From contig CAVVLJ010000017.1 of the NCBI GenBank assembly GCA_963749075.1, positions 576,001 to 640,000 of the forward strand: a DNA stretch of 64,000 nucleotides. The letters run 5' to 3'. A program made the position numbers and the translations under genes. Shown here piece by piece: positions 38,773 through 48,063 of the stretch; the stretch's first letter is position 1; every line of letters starts with the position of its first letter. Below the pieces are notes generated by a model. The model saw only the letters and a program-made list of their open reading frames with translations. It was not told the origin of the DNA and ran no database searches. Origin of the DNA: an uncultured Pseudomonadota bacterium (GTDB lineage: Bacteria > Pseudomonadota > Alphaproteobacteria > JACZXZ01).

Positions 38773-40193
38773 GCGTGAAAATATTGGTCGTCGACGACGA
38801 GCGCATCATTATCGACAGTTGCCTTCGCATCTTGAGGAACGACGACTATCAGCTCGATGCCGTCCAGGACGGTTTGGAGGCGCTGCGCAAGATCGACGAG
38901 AACCATTACGACATCGTCATCCTGGACATCATGATGCCGAAGATCGACGGCCTCGAGGTGCTGCGCCGCGTCAGGGAGGGGCACCCCGACATCGATGTCA
39001 TCATGATCACCGGACTGTCGCAGATCGAGACGGCCGTGAAATCGATGAAGCTCGGGGCCTTCGACTACCTGCCCAAGCCGTTCGATCCGGACGAGCTCAG
39101 GCTCGTGGTGCATCGCGCGCTGGAGCGGCGGCGATTGCTCCAGGAGAACCTGAATCTCAAGACCGAGGTCGGCGCCAAGTACCGCTTCGAGAACATCATT
39201 GGGGCGAGCCCCCAGATGCAGAGCGTCTTCCGCCTTGTCGCCAAGTGCGCTCCGACCAACTCGACGGTGATGCTCACCGGCGAGTCGGGAACGGGCAAGG
39301 AGCTGATCGCTCGCGCCATTCACTACAACAGTCTGCGCAAGGACAAGCCGTTCGTCCCGGTGGACTGCAACGCGCTCAGCGAGAACCTGCTGGAGAGCGA
39401 GTTGTTCGGGCACGTCAAGGGCGCCTTCACCGGCGCTGTGGCGAACAAGAAGGGCATGCTGGAAACCGCCGGCGGCGGAACGCTTTTTCTCGACGAGATC
39501 GGCAATATCTCCCTCTCGACCCAAGCCAAGCTGCTGCGGGTCATTCAGGAGCGGGAGTTCAGGGCGGTCGGGGATACCAAGACGCAGGCCGCCAACTTCA
39601 GATTGATCACCGCGACCAACAAGGACCTCAAGGCCATGGTCGCGGACGGCAGGTTCCGCGAGGATCTCTTCTATCGGATCAACATCTTCCCCATCCGCAA
39701 TCCGCCGCTGCGAGAGCGCCGCGACGACATACCTGCCTTGGCCTTCCACTTCCTCGGCGTCTTCAGCGGGGAGATGGCGAAAAAGGTGACGGAGTTCTCC
39801 GACGAGGCCATGCGCGTGCTCATGAACTACGATTGGCCGGGCAATGTGCGGGAGCTCGAAAGCACGGTGCAGCGCGCGGTCATTCTGGCGACCGACGCCG
39901 TCATTCGCCGGGCGCATCTGTTCAGCATCGACGAGTTGCCGCCGGGGCTTGCTCTCGACATCCCGAAAACGGGCGAGGAGCTCAAGCAGATCAAGAAACT
40001 TGCGCGCGAGAAGTCGGTCGAGAACATCGAGAAGCTGTTCGTTCTCGATGCGCTCAAGAGAAACGCCTGGAACGCGACCAAGAGTGCCGAGGAGACCGGC
40101 ATGCAGCGCGCCAATTTCCAGGCTCTGATGAGAAAATACAACATCCGGATCCAGGAAGCCGAGCGCGATCCCGGCGAGCCCGATGCCTCGTAG
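38769..40193 (+). CDS. Sigma54-dependent response regulator (NtrC family)
   Basis: REC domain (VVDDE, LDIMMP, KPF), GESGTGKE, ESELFGHVKGAFTGA, WPGNVREL, C-terminal HTH. Confidence 0.95.
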   Translation: MSVKILVVDDERIIIDSCLRILRNDDYQLDAVQDGLEALRKIDENHYDIVILDIMMPKIDGLEVLRRVREGHPDIDVIMITGLSQIETAVKSMKLGAFDYLPKPFDPDELRLVVHRALERRRLLQENLNLKTEVGAKYRFENIIGASPQMQSVFRLVAKCAPTNSTVMLTGESGTGKELIARAIHYNSLRKDKPFVPVDCNALSENLLESELFGHVKGAFTGAVANKKGMLETAGGGTLFLDEIGNISLSTQAKLLRVIQEREFRAVGDTKTQAANFRLITATNKDLKAMVADGRFREDLFYRINIFPIRNPPLRERRDDIPALAFHFLGVFSGEMAKKVTEFSDEAMRVLMNYDWPGNVRELESTVQRAVILATDAVIRRAHLFSIDELPPGLALDIPKTGEELKQIKKLAREKSVENIEKLFVLDALKRNAWNATKSAEETGMQRANFQALMRKYNIRIQEAERDPGEPDAS

Positions 40194-40257
40194 GAGGCAG
40201 GCCGGCCTCCCTCGCGCCAGTCCCCGGCGCGGCGTCGCGCGCACGGTGCCGCAGCCC

Positions 40258-40830
40258 TCAGGCCGGCCGGAAATCCCCGTTCTCGCCCCGGCTCCCGGCT
40301 GAGCCATGCAGATCGGCAATCCGCGAAGCGATCTGATCCACTGCCTGCCATGAGGTGAATTCGACGCAGCTCCGCGGGTCGGTCGGTCCTCCCGTCATCT
40401 TCATGATGAAGCGGATGATCTGGCGATCGAGCCAGCGGTAATGCGGGTAGTCGAGCCGCCCGGCGACGGCGGCCGCCAAAACCGGCTTCAGCCCATGTCG
40501 GGCCAGCAATTTCCGAAGATATTGATGGCCCGCGGCGGCGTCCTTCCCCGCCTTCCTGGCGGCCAGATTCACCGAGACGAAGACAAGCGGAGCCCGCGCG
40601 AGCAGCTCTCCGTACGTCGCAAAGAAGCGCTCCGCTTCCGGCAGATGCCGGCCATATCGCACGGCCGCAACCACGACGACCAAGGGGGCCGCGGCGAGAT
40701 CCGCCGCCGCCGGAAACGCGCCCGCCAGGTCATGCGGCGGTGCGCAGATCCCGTGGTCGGCAAGCCGGTCCGCTATATGCGATGCGATCCGCCGCGATTG
40801 ACCGTCACGCGTGGCGTAGAACAAAAGCAT
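40258..40830 (-). CDS. hemG: Quinone-dependent protoporphyrinogen IX dehydrogenase (flavodoxin fold)
   Basis: YATRDGQS..IA, AVRYG, FVSVNLAARK, AGRLDYP.Y.W.DR..IRFIMKMTGGPTD...VEFT.W. Start may be upstream at 40893. Confidence 0.88.
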   Translation of the reverse strand: MLLFYATRDGQSRRIASHIADRLADHGICAPPHDLAGAFPAAADLAAAPLVVVVAAVRYGRHLPEAERFFATYGELLARAPLVFVSVNLAARKAGKDAAAGHQYLRKLLARHGLKPVLAAAVAGRLDYPHYRWLDRQIIRFIMKMTGGPTDPRSCVEFTSWQAVDQIASRIADLHGSAGSRGENGDFRPA

Positions 40831-40946
40831 CTTCTGACCCGGGTTCGCAGCGCAGCGCTGCACGGGCCTCTTCGACGATTGCCGCCGCGACATGCCCGCG
40901 CGGCGAGGAGATCGACGCGGTCATTCCGCTCGCCGCGGCCGCGCCC

Positions 40947-41591
40947 TCACTCCGCCCCATCGGCGCTCTCGCTGTCCTCGACCTCCTCGTAGCCGTCGAA
41001 CATCGCCTTGTACTTCTCGAGCGGCGTGCGGCCCAGCGTTCCGAGATAGGCATGGAACGAGATATAGAACGCGAAAAAGATGAAGATCAGCACGTGCACC
41101 GTATCGACGACGCGCACCCCGCCGAAAAAGGTCACCGCACCCGAAAAGCGCGTGAGATCCCAGAGCAGGATTCCCGTGACGCACTGAATGGGAAGCACGA
41201 TGAGCATGACGATCTGGTACGCCACGCTTTGCAGCGGATTGAACTTGCTGTAGACGCTCACCTGATGCGGATCGGGCGCTCCCTTGAAGATGCCATAGCC
41301 GTAATAGAGGAGCTGGCGCAGGTTGCCGCGGTAATATTCGATCGGATTTAGCTCGGGGTGGTAGACCCTGATCTTGTCGGAGAAAAGATAGAAGAAAAAC
41401 CACACGAAGAAGTTGGCGATGAGGACGAAGCCGATCCAGTTGTGGACGGCGACGGCAATCCTGAAAGGGACCACGTCGATAAGGCCAACGTAGCGGATCT
41501 GCACGCCGGTGAGAACCATCATCACGCAGGCGACCGCGTTGATCCAATGCCAAATCCTCACGGGGAGGGGGTGAACGTAAATCCGATGCAT
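40947..41591 (-). CDS. Membrane di-heme cytochrome b (HyaC/FdnI-like)
   Basis: HPLPVRIWHW.NA, VHNWIG, KFNPLQ..AY, DTVHV, FHAYL; four TM helices. Confidence 0.88.
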   Translation of the reverse strand: MHRIYVHPLPVRIWHWINAVACVMMVLTGVQIRYVGLIDVVPFRIAVAVHNWIGFVLIANFFVWFFFYLFSDKIRVYHPELNPIEYYRGNLRQLLYYGYGIFKGAPDPHQVSVYSKFNPLQSVAYQIVMLIVLPIQCVTGILLWDLTRFSGAVTFFGGVRVVDTVHVLIFIFFAFYISFHAYLGTLGRTPLEKYKAMFDGYEEVEDSESADGAE

Positions 41592-41596
41592 CTTGC

Positions 41597-42908
41597 CTAC
41601 CCTTTCCGTTGCTCGCGGGCCTTTCGGTTCAGGTATCGCTTGAAGGCCCATCTCGCGGTCAGATGGGCGACGGGCAGCGCGATGCCGCCGAGCAGAGCGA
41701 GGACAAAAAGAACGTCGAGAAACGTGATCCTGGTGCCGCCGATGGCGTAGAAGCCGCCGATCGAATCGATGGAGAAGACGGAGCTCAAGACCTGTTTGCT
41801 GGCGCCATAGCGCACCGGTATGCCGGTTGGGCCGGCGACGGACACCGTGACGCTCTCGAACGCGTCGGCTCCCGCCCGGTGGCAGGTATTGCAATCGCTG
41901 ATCGCCGCGGTCTTGCCCGCGAGCTCGTGCGCCTCGACCCCCGTGCGCACCTCCAAGCGGCCCTTGAGGCTCGTCTTGTCCCCGACGCCCGGGCGATTGA
42001 GCGTCTTGAGCAGCGTCCAGAGCGTCGTCGCATCCAGGCCAGGCTTCCCTGCAGTCGGGGAAGCGGTGCGACTTTCGAACTCGGGAATGCCCACCGGCCC
42101 GGAAACCTCCCTTTGCGCCGTGCTGTCATAGAGGATGAGGTCGACCATCCGCTGCGCCTTCGGCACATGGCAGGCGGCGCAGGACACCACGTCGAAATGC
42201 AGCGCGGCATTCGGGAGCCAATTGCTGTGCGCAGCGAGTGCGCCGGTATGGCAGCCGAGACAGAACGTCCTTCAATCCGTTGACCGCCGAGGGAACGTTC
42301 ACGTCATGGGCGCCGTGGCAACCGAAGCACAGGGGAGCCTGGGTCACGCCTTTGCGGCGTGCCACGCCATGCACGCTCGCGGCATAGGCGGTGAAGATGG
42401 CGCCGTGGCAGGTCTTGCAGGGAACCGTATCCATCGCCTCGGCCGCGCCCTTCATCACCGCGTGAGGCGAATGGCAGCCCGTACAAAGCGGGGCGTCCGG
42501 GTTCCCTGAGCGGACGAGAGCCGCGTGGACGCTTTTATCCCATTCCCCGAACTGATCGCTGTGACAGGTGCCGCAGACTTTGACCATCGCGATGGAAAAG
42601 TCGTGCTTGCTGCTGATGGTGTGCTCCGCCGGAGGATGACTGGCCGGGTCTATGTCGGTATGGCAGCCGGTGCAGCCGAGCGCGCTGTGGACCGATTGCG
42701 CGAAGGCATCGCCGGGTATGTGCAGCGAGAGCGATTCGCCGCTTGCGAGCTGCTTCTCCATCCCCGGAGCCCCATGGCACGCCAGGCATTGCTGGTCGCC
42801 CTCGGAGAGTGCAGCCGCAGATGCCGACGCCGTCATCCCGGCAAGAGCCAGCACGACGGCTGCGACAGCCGCGCCGATCGCGGCCGTAGCGAATGGTCCA
42901 TGTCCCAT
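41597..42908 (-). CDS. Nonaheme c-type cytochrome with C-terminal membrane anchor; +1 frameshift near 42265
   Basis: CLACH, CTGCH, CGTCH, CTGCH, CKTCH, CFGCH, then after the frame change CLGCH, CAACH, CNTCH. Signal peptide and C-terminal TM with a His (PVAHL). Confidence 0.85.
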
Positions 42909-43041
42909 CCCGCCGCCTGAGCCGGGCTTCCTCACGTGCGTCTCCGCATTTTCGTCTCGGTCCCCTTGGCCGCCGCCGGGGCACGCCACGCCCACCTTCC
43001 GATCCTTGCGCCTCTTCTGCACGCGAGCGCTTCGCCGGTCC

Positions 43042-43055
43042 TTGATGCAGATCAA
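43042..43055. promoter_or_regulatory. FNR/FnrL/FixK-type box
   Basis: Perfect TTGAT-GCAG-ATCAA upstream of the nonaheme-cytochrome b-hemG genes. Confidence 0.8.
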
Positions 43056-43219
43056 ACGCCGGAAGCGTCGTAAGGGAAAGGGGCGGGCGAAACGTCACGG
43101 CTTTGCTGCCCCTCGCCTTGCCCCGCGAGCCTGCTCTCCGCAAGCATAAACGGGGTTAGGGGGCAGCCGCCCCCCTGTTCCCGGAGAAAGCCTCTTCGAC
43201 TCGGCATCGTCTGCCGCGA

Positions 43220-44026
43220 TCAGCCCTGGGCTCCCTTATTGCGCCAGGCCTTACCGCCGATCCACACCAGCATCGCCAACCCGATCAGCGGGAAGAGCAG
43301 GATGTAGGCAAGTGCCACGAACGGCGCGGCGAGGAACATGACCATATTGTAGAGGGACCGGCCGATGGTCCTGCCCGCCTTCTCCTGGCCCGCCGCCCCG
43401 GGTGCCGCTAACGAAGCCCTCCGCTTGCGCCAACCCTGCACGGCCGTCCGGGCCAGCAAGCCCAACCCGATGAACGGGAAGAGCGCGATGTAGGCGAGCG
43501 CCACGAACGGCGCGGCAAGGAACATGGCGACGTTGTAGAGGGACCGGCCGATGGTCCTGCCGGCGCTCTCCTTGCCGACCGCTGCGGGCTGCGCCGCTCC
43601 GCCGGGCTCCGGCGCCGCAACGGCAAGCTGCGGCAGCGTTTCCGCGGGAGGCGGCAGCGCTGGCGCAACAGCGGCATCCAGGCTCGTCTCGATCATTTCC
43701 GGGGTAAGCGGCTTGCGCAGGAACGCGCGCACGCCGGCGGCCTCCGCGCGCGCCTGATTCTCGGCCGTGCCATAACCGGTGATGATCACGACCGGAGTCC
43801 ACGGGCGCTTCGCACGCAGCTGCTCCGCCACCTCGAGCCCGTCCATTCCCGGCATCTTGATGTCGGTGAACACGGCCTCGTAGTCCTCTTGCGAAACCTT
43901 GTTGAGCGCCACCTCGCCGTTCTCGGCGCTGACAACCACATAGCCTTTCCGAGTGAGTACCCGGTCAAAGCTCTTGCCGATGACTGGATCGTCGTCCACC
44001 ACCAACACTTTTCTGATTGCGTTCAT
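43220..44026 (-). CDS. Receiver-domain protein with duplicated C-terminal hydrophobic segment
   Basis: REC (VVDDD, DIKMPGMDG, ITGYG, KP), an Ala/Pro linker, and two copies of RTIGRSLYN..MFLAAPFVALAYI.LFP.IGL..L. Confidence 0.85.
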   Translation of the reverse strand: MNAIRKVLVVDDDPVIGKSFDRVLTRKGYVVVSAENGEVALNKVSQEDYEAVFTDIKMPGMDGLEVAEQLRAKRPWTPVVIITGYGTAENQARAEAAGVRAFLRKPLTPEMIETSLDAAVAPALPPPAETLPQLAVAAPEPGGAAQPAAVGKESAGRTIGRSLYNVAMFLAAPFVALAYIALFPFIGLGLLARTAVQGWRKRRASLAAPGAAGQEKAGRTIGRSLYNMVMFLAAPFVALAYILLFPLIGLAMLVWIGGKAWRNKGAQG

Positions 44027-44051
44027 GGCTTTCTCCTCTTCTTGCAGCGGG

Positions 44052-44501
44052 TCAGGAGGCGAGACTGCTCGTCTCTCCGTAGGGTTCCATTGTCGCGCCG
44101 GGGCTCCAGAGGTCCTTGCGCAGCGACCATTTCTTCTGGGTTACCGCGCCGCTGGCGGCGGTGATGACCTCGGACGGACCGACCGGCTTGGCGAGATAGT
44201 CGTAAGCGCCCAGCCGCACCGCCTCTTTGGCACTCTCGACGGTGGGATAGCCCGTGATCACGACCACCTCGCTTTGCGGGCACGTTTGCTTGATCGACTT
44301 CAGGACCGTGAGGCCATCCATGCCGGGCATGCGAAGGTCGACCAGCACGACATCGAAGCGCTTGTGCTCCAATGCCTGCAGCGCATCCTCGCCGCTCGCG
44401 GCGGCTTCCACGTTGTAATGGGCGGCCTGCAAGGACCTCTGAAAGCTGAGACGCACCACTTCGTCGTCATCAACGACCAGAACTTTGATTTGCTCGCTCA
44501 T
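44052..44501 (-). CDS. Single-domain response regulator
   Basis: VLVVDDD, DLRMPGMDG, ITGYP, DYLAKP. No output domain. Confidence 0.88.
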   Translation of the reverse strand: MSEQIKVLVVDDDEVVRLSFQRSLQAAHYNVEAAASGEDALQALEHKRFDVVLVDLRMPGMDGLTVLKSIKQTCPQSEVVVITGYPTVESAKEAVRLGAYDYLAKPVGPSEVITAASGAVTQKKWSLRKDLWSPGATMEPYGETSSLAS

Positions 44502-44546
44502 GTCGGTCCCCTTTGGCACCGGTTCGCTACTCTCGCCTTCATGTAT

Positions 44547-44562
44547 CGCAAGGCGCGTGCCA
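44547..44562 (-). promoter_or_regulatory. Sigma54 (-24/-12) promoter
   Basis: Minus strand TGGCACG-CGCC-TTGCG, 46 nt before the start at 44501, with an AT-rich stretch upstream. Confidence 0.8.
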
Positions 44563-45193
44563 GACCGAGCAGCCAGAGGAGATCGTCATATTATTCAACA
44601 TACTAGACGCAAGAAGCGGAGCCCGAGCCGGCAGGCGACCCCGGCGAGAGCGGCCGATAAGTATAAATTCCTTGTACACTCGCCGGCCTCGACCGATGTT
44701 GGTTCTTGTATTTCAACGGCTTACGACGATCGCGGGGCGATCGAATTCTTATACAGTCAGCCCCCGCAATGGCTCGCTCTCGCGGGCGAACCGGCAGAAT
44801 CCTCCAGCGGGTCGAGGACCCAACGTCAACCGTCCATCCAGCCAGCCGTCCAATGATTTGCGAATGATGCCGTGCCGGCGCCGCCGCCGGGTCGACGAGT
44901 TTCCAAGCGCACGGCACTGCCGGCGACTTCGAACGCTGTCGCCATCTCCGGCTCGCCGCAACCGGGCAGCTCGAAAGATATCGGGTGGCCGCGCCGCAGC
45001 GATCCTTCGCCCTGCGCTCGAGAATATTGGGCTTTACCCTGATCGCGATTGGCTCGATGCTGGTGCTCGCGATTGTCGGGTTCTGCGACGGCCTGTCACG
45101 AGCGTAATCGCGCCGAATGAGAGCGATCGCGTGGAACCGCCCAAGTGGGAAGCGGCGATCTCGGGCCGCCCCACCAACCGTCGAGGCTCTGCC

Positions 45194-46306
45194 ATGGAAC
45201 GTCTTATGCTCGCCGTCCTGCTGTCGGTGGCGCTGCTGCTCGCTTGGGACGACCATGCGTCGTCGGCAGCGGATATTGCCGCGGGCAAGATGGTGGCCAA
45301 GCAGCAATGCGCAGCGTGCCACGGCCTGGATGGCAAGGGCATTGCCCCGGGGATCCCCAACCTGGCGGGACAGCGCGACAGTTATCTGCTTGCCGCGCTG
45401 AACGAGTACAAGCAAGGCCTGCGAATTCACGCCGCCCTGACGACGATGGCCGAGCGCCTGAGCAAGGCGGACGAAGAGAACGTGGTTGCCTATTACGCCA
45501 GCCTGCCGCCGGTCGCGGCCGCGGCAGAAAAGCAGCCGGAAGCCGTTTCTCCCTATGAGCACGGAAAGGCGCTGGCGCAGGCCTGCGTTCGGTGTCATGG
45601 CGAAAACGGCAACAGCACGACTCCCGGCACGCCCAGCTTGAGCGGCCAGCAGCCGGGCTATCTAAGCACCGCGATCCAGGAGTATCTCACCGGAGCGCGC
45701 GAGCCCGCCCCGATGCACGCGCTGATACGGGGCCTGAAGGGACTGGATGTGGAGAGCCTGGCGCTCTATTTCGCCTCCCAGACCCCGGTGCCGCGTCCCG
45801 CGCCGGCCATCGGCAATGCTGCGGCAGGCGAGCCGCTCACCGGCCTGTGCGGCGGATGCCACGGCTTTCACGGCGTGAGCACCGATTCGGCGACGCCGAG
45901 CCTGGCGGGCCAGGATCCCCAGTATCTCGTGAACGCCGTCAAGGCCTACCGCTCCACCCGCAAGTATGCGCCGATGCAACGTGCCGTCGCCGGCGTCAGC
46001 GACAAGGACGCCGAGGACATCGCAGCATTCTACGCCGTCCAGAAATTAACCCCGGCCGAGCACGGGCAGGCGCTGGTTCAGGATCTTGTCGACAAATGCA
46101 ATCGCTGTCACAGCCCTGAGGTGAACAATCCGACGCTGCCGATCCCGCATATCAGAGGGCAGGACGAGGCGTATCTCGCCATGGCGATGAGGACGTACCG
46201 CGAGGGCAAGCGGCAAAGCTCCGTGATGCACAACATGATCTTACCCTACGGCAACGCCATCATGGAAGGCTTGGCTTCCTATTATGCCAATCAGCCGCCG
46301 GACTAA
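45194..46306 (+). CDS. Tetraheme cytochrome c (four c4/c553-like domains)
   Basis: Signal peptide. CAACH, CVRCH, CGGCH and CNRCH are each followed by a P.L.GQ-like motif and a distal Met. Confidence 0.9.
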   Translation: MERLMLAVLLSVALLLAWDDHASSAADIAAGKMVAKQQCAACHGLDGKGIAPGIPNLAGQRDSYLLAALNEYKQGLRIHAALTTMAERLSKADEENVVAYYASLPPVAAAAEKQPEAVSPYEHGKALAQACVRCHGENGNSTTPGTPSLSGQQPGYLSTAIQEYLTGAREPAPMHALIRGLKGLDVESLALYFASQTPVPRPAPAIGNAAAGEPLTGLCGGCHGFHGVSTDSATPSLAGQDPQYLVNAVKAYRSTRKYAPMQRAVAGVSDKDAEDIAAFYAVQKLTPAEHGQALVQDLVDKCNRCHSPEVNNPTLPIPHIRGQDEAYLAMAMRTYREGKRQSSVMHNMILPYGNAIMEGLASYYANQPPD

Positions 46307-46611
46307 ACGTCGTCCGACAAGCCTCGATGCGCCCGCGATCGACGTAAGCCGTTGACACGAGAATCGCATCCGAGATATGAGGGAGAGCAACTCGATGCGG
46401 CACATTGTGCGATTGGGGCGAGCGAAACGTGGTTCCCCCCGCCGGGCGACGCAGGCACCAGAAGCGCCGGCGCCGCGCGCAATTGGCCGCTCTCATCGGC
46501 CGCTTTGCCTCAGCGCAATTGGTGACACAGGGTACTTGAGTCCGATGAGGTACCCGTGAACCCTTCCGTTTCCCGGCCGGCGGGACAGATGCTTCAGCGC
46601 CAAGCGAAATC

Positions 46612-47922
46612 ATGAAGGACTTGAACGATCCGGCTCCCCGCAAGGGGCTCGTCGCGCGCGCTCTGGCCGTCATGCCGCTGTGCCGTACGCCTCTCACCCT
46701 CGCGACATCCGTCATTGCGGCAAGCATCCTCGGGATGCCGTTCCTGGTCGGCTATTCGCCGAGTGCTGCAGCTCAACCCGTCACGATCCAGCCCGGCAGC
46801 GCCGAGGAGCTCCGAGCCGTGTTCGCCAACGCCGAGGACGTGGCGGACGGCAAGCACCTCGCGGACACCTCCTGCGCCAGCTGTCACGGCGCGATCGGTA
46901 TCAGCGCCAAGCCGGGCGTGCCCAATCTCGCCGGCCAGCGGCCAGCCTACCTTTACCTCGAGCTGAAGGCCTACCAGTCGGGTGCGCGCGGCGACAGCGC
47001 GATGAACGACGCCGTCAAATTCCTGAGCGACGCCGCGCTGTTCAAGGTGGCCGCCTACTACGCCAGCCTCGATCCCGCAGAGCCCGGTGCGGCGAGCGGC
47101 GCGAAGCCCCCCGCTGCCGAGGCCGATCCGGTCCAGGCCGGCAAGGCCGCAGCGGCCGGCTGCGCCGGCTGCCACGGCGAGGCCGGCGTCAGCAAGACGG
47201 CGGGCATGCCGAGCCTCGCCGGCCTCGACCCGAAATACCTCGAAGCAAGCATGCAGGCCTACAAGGGAGGGCAACGCAAGAGCGAGCTCATGAAGCCGAT
47301 GGTCGCGGCGCTCGGCGATGCGGATATGAATAACATTGCGCTCTACTATGCGCTGCAAAAGCCCGCCCGGGCCGAGACCCCAGCGGCCGGAGACCCGGCC
47401 GCGGGCAAGGCCGCGGCTGCAAGCTGTGCCGCGTGCCATGGCGACCACGGCGTCAGCGCGAACCCAGCATTCCCGAGCCTCGCCGGTCAGGATGCGGAGT
47501 ACTTCGCGAGCGCGCTCCACGCCTATAAGGACGGCGGCCGCGAAGACGAAACAATGAAAGGCCAGGCGGCGTCGCTTGGCGACGGCGCCATCAAGGACCT
47601 GGCGGCCTATTACGCGAGCCAGCAGCCGCAGGAGCCGAAGGTGCAGAAGCCCCTGAGCGCCGCCGAATGGGCGCAGAGGTGCGACCGCTGTCACGGCGTC
47701 AACGGCAACAGCACCGATCCGAGCTTGCCGGCCTTGGCCGCACAGCGCGCGGACTATCTGGAAAAAGTGTTGCATGCCTACCGGACGGGCGCGCGCAAGA
47801 GCCCGCAGATGGCCGCCATGTCCGGCGCGCTGGCCGACGAGGATATCGAGAACCTGGCGGCCTACTACGCGCGCCAGAAGGCGCGCGCCGTCGTGTACGT
47901 GATGGTGCCGCTCAAGAAGTGA
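46612..47922 (+). CDS. Tetraheme cytochrome c (four c4/c553-like domains)
   Basis: CASCH, CAGCH, CAACH, CDRCH with PNLAGQ/PSLAG motifs and distal Met. Start uncertain. Confidence 0.9.
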   Translation: MKDLNDPAPRKGLVARALAVMPLCRTPLTLATSVIAASILGMPFLVGYSPSAAAQPVTIQPGSAEELRAVFANAEDVADGKHLADTSCASCHGAIGISAKPGVPNLAGQRPAYLYLELKAYQSGARGDSAMNDAVKFLSDAALFKVAAYYASLDPAEPGAASGAKPPAAEADPVQAGKAAAAGCAGCHGEAGVSKTAGMPSLAGLDPKYLEASMQAYKGGQRKSELMKPMVAALGDADMNNIALYYALQKPARAETPAAGDPAAGKAAAASCAACHGDHGVSANPAFPSLAGQDAEYFASALHAYKDGGREDETMKGQAASLGDGAIKDLAAYYASQQPQEPKVQKPLSAAEWAQRCDRCHGVNGNSTDPSLPALAAQRADYLEKVLHAYRTGARKSPQMAAMSGALADEDIENLAAYYARQKARAVVYVMVPLKK

Positions 47923-48063
47923 GCGGGCCGCGGGGATCGTAATCCGGGGCCGGTGCCGCGTCCGGCGCATTGGCCGTAGCGAGCAACACCGAGGCCGCAG
48001 CGCCTAAGCCGCCGCATGAGCCCTGCCCGTGCGCTCCGGCTCGCAAGAGCGAAGGAACCGACC

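Noticed and set aside
43070-43180. Possible riboswitch or oriT-like hairpins upstream of the nonaheme gene
   Set aside because: Only short GC-rich stems, with no recognisable conserved aptamer or nic motif.
44513-45193. 227-aa N-terminal extension of the tetraheme cytochrome
   Set aside because: It overlaps promoter DNA. The signal peptide and RBS begin at ATG 45194.
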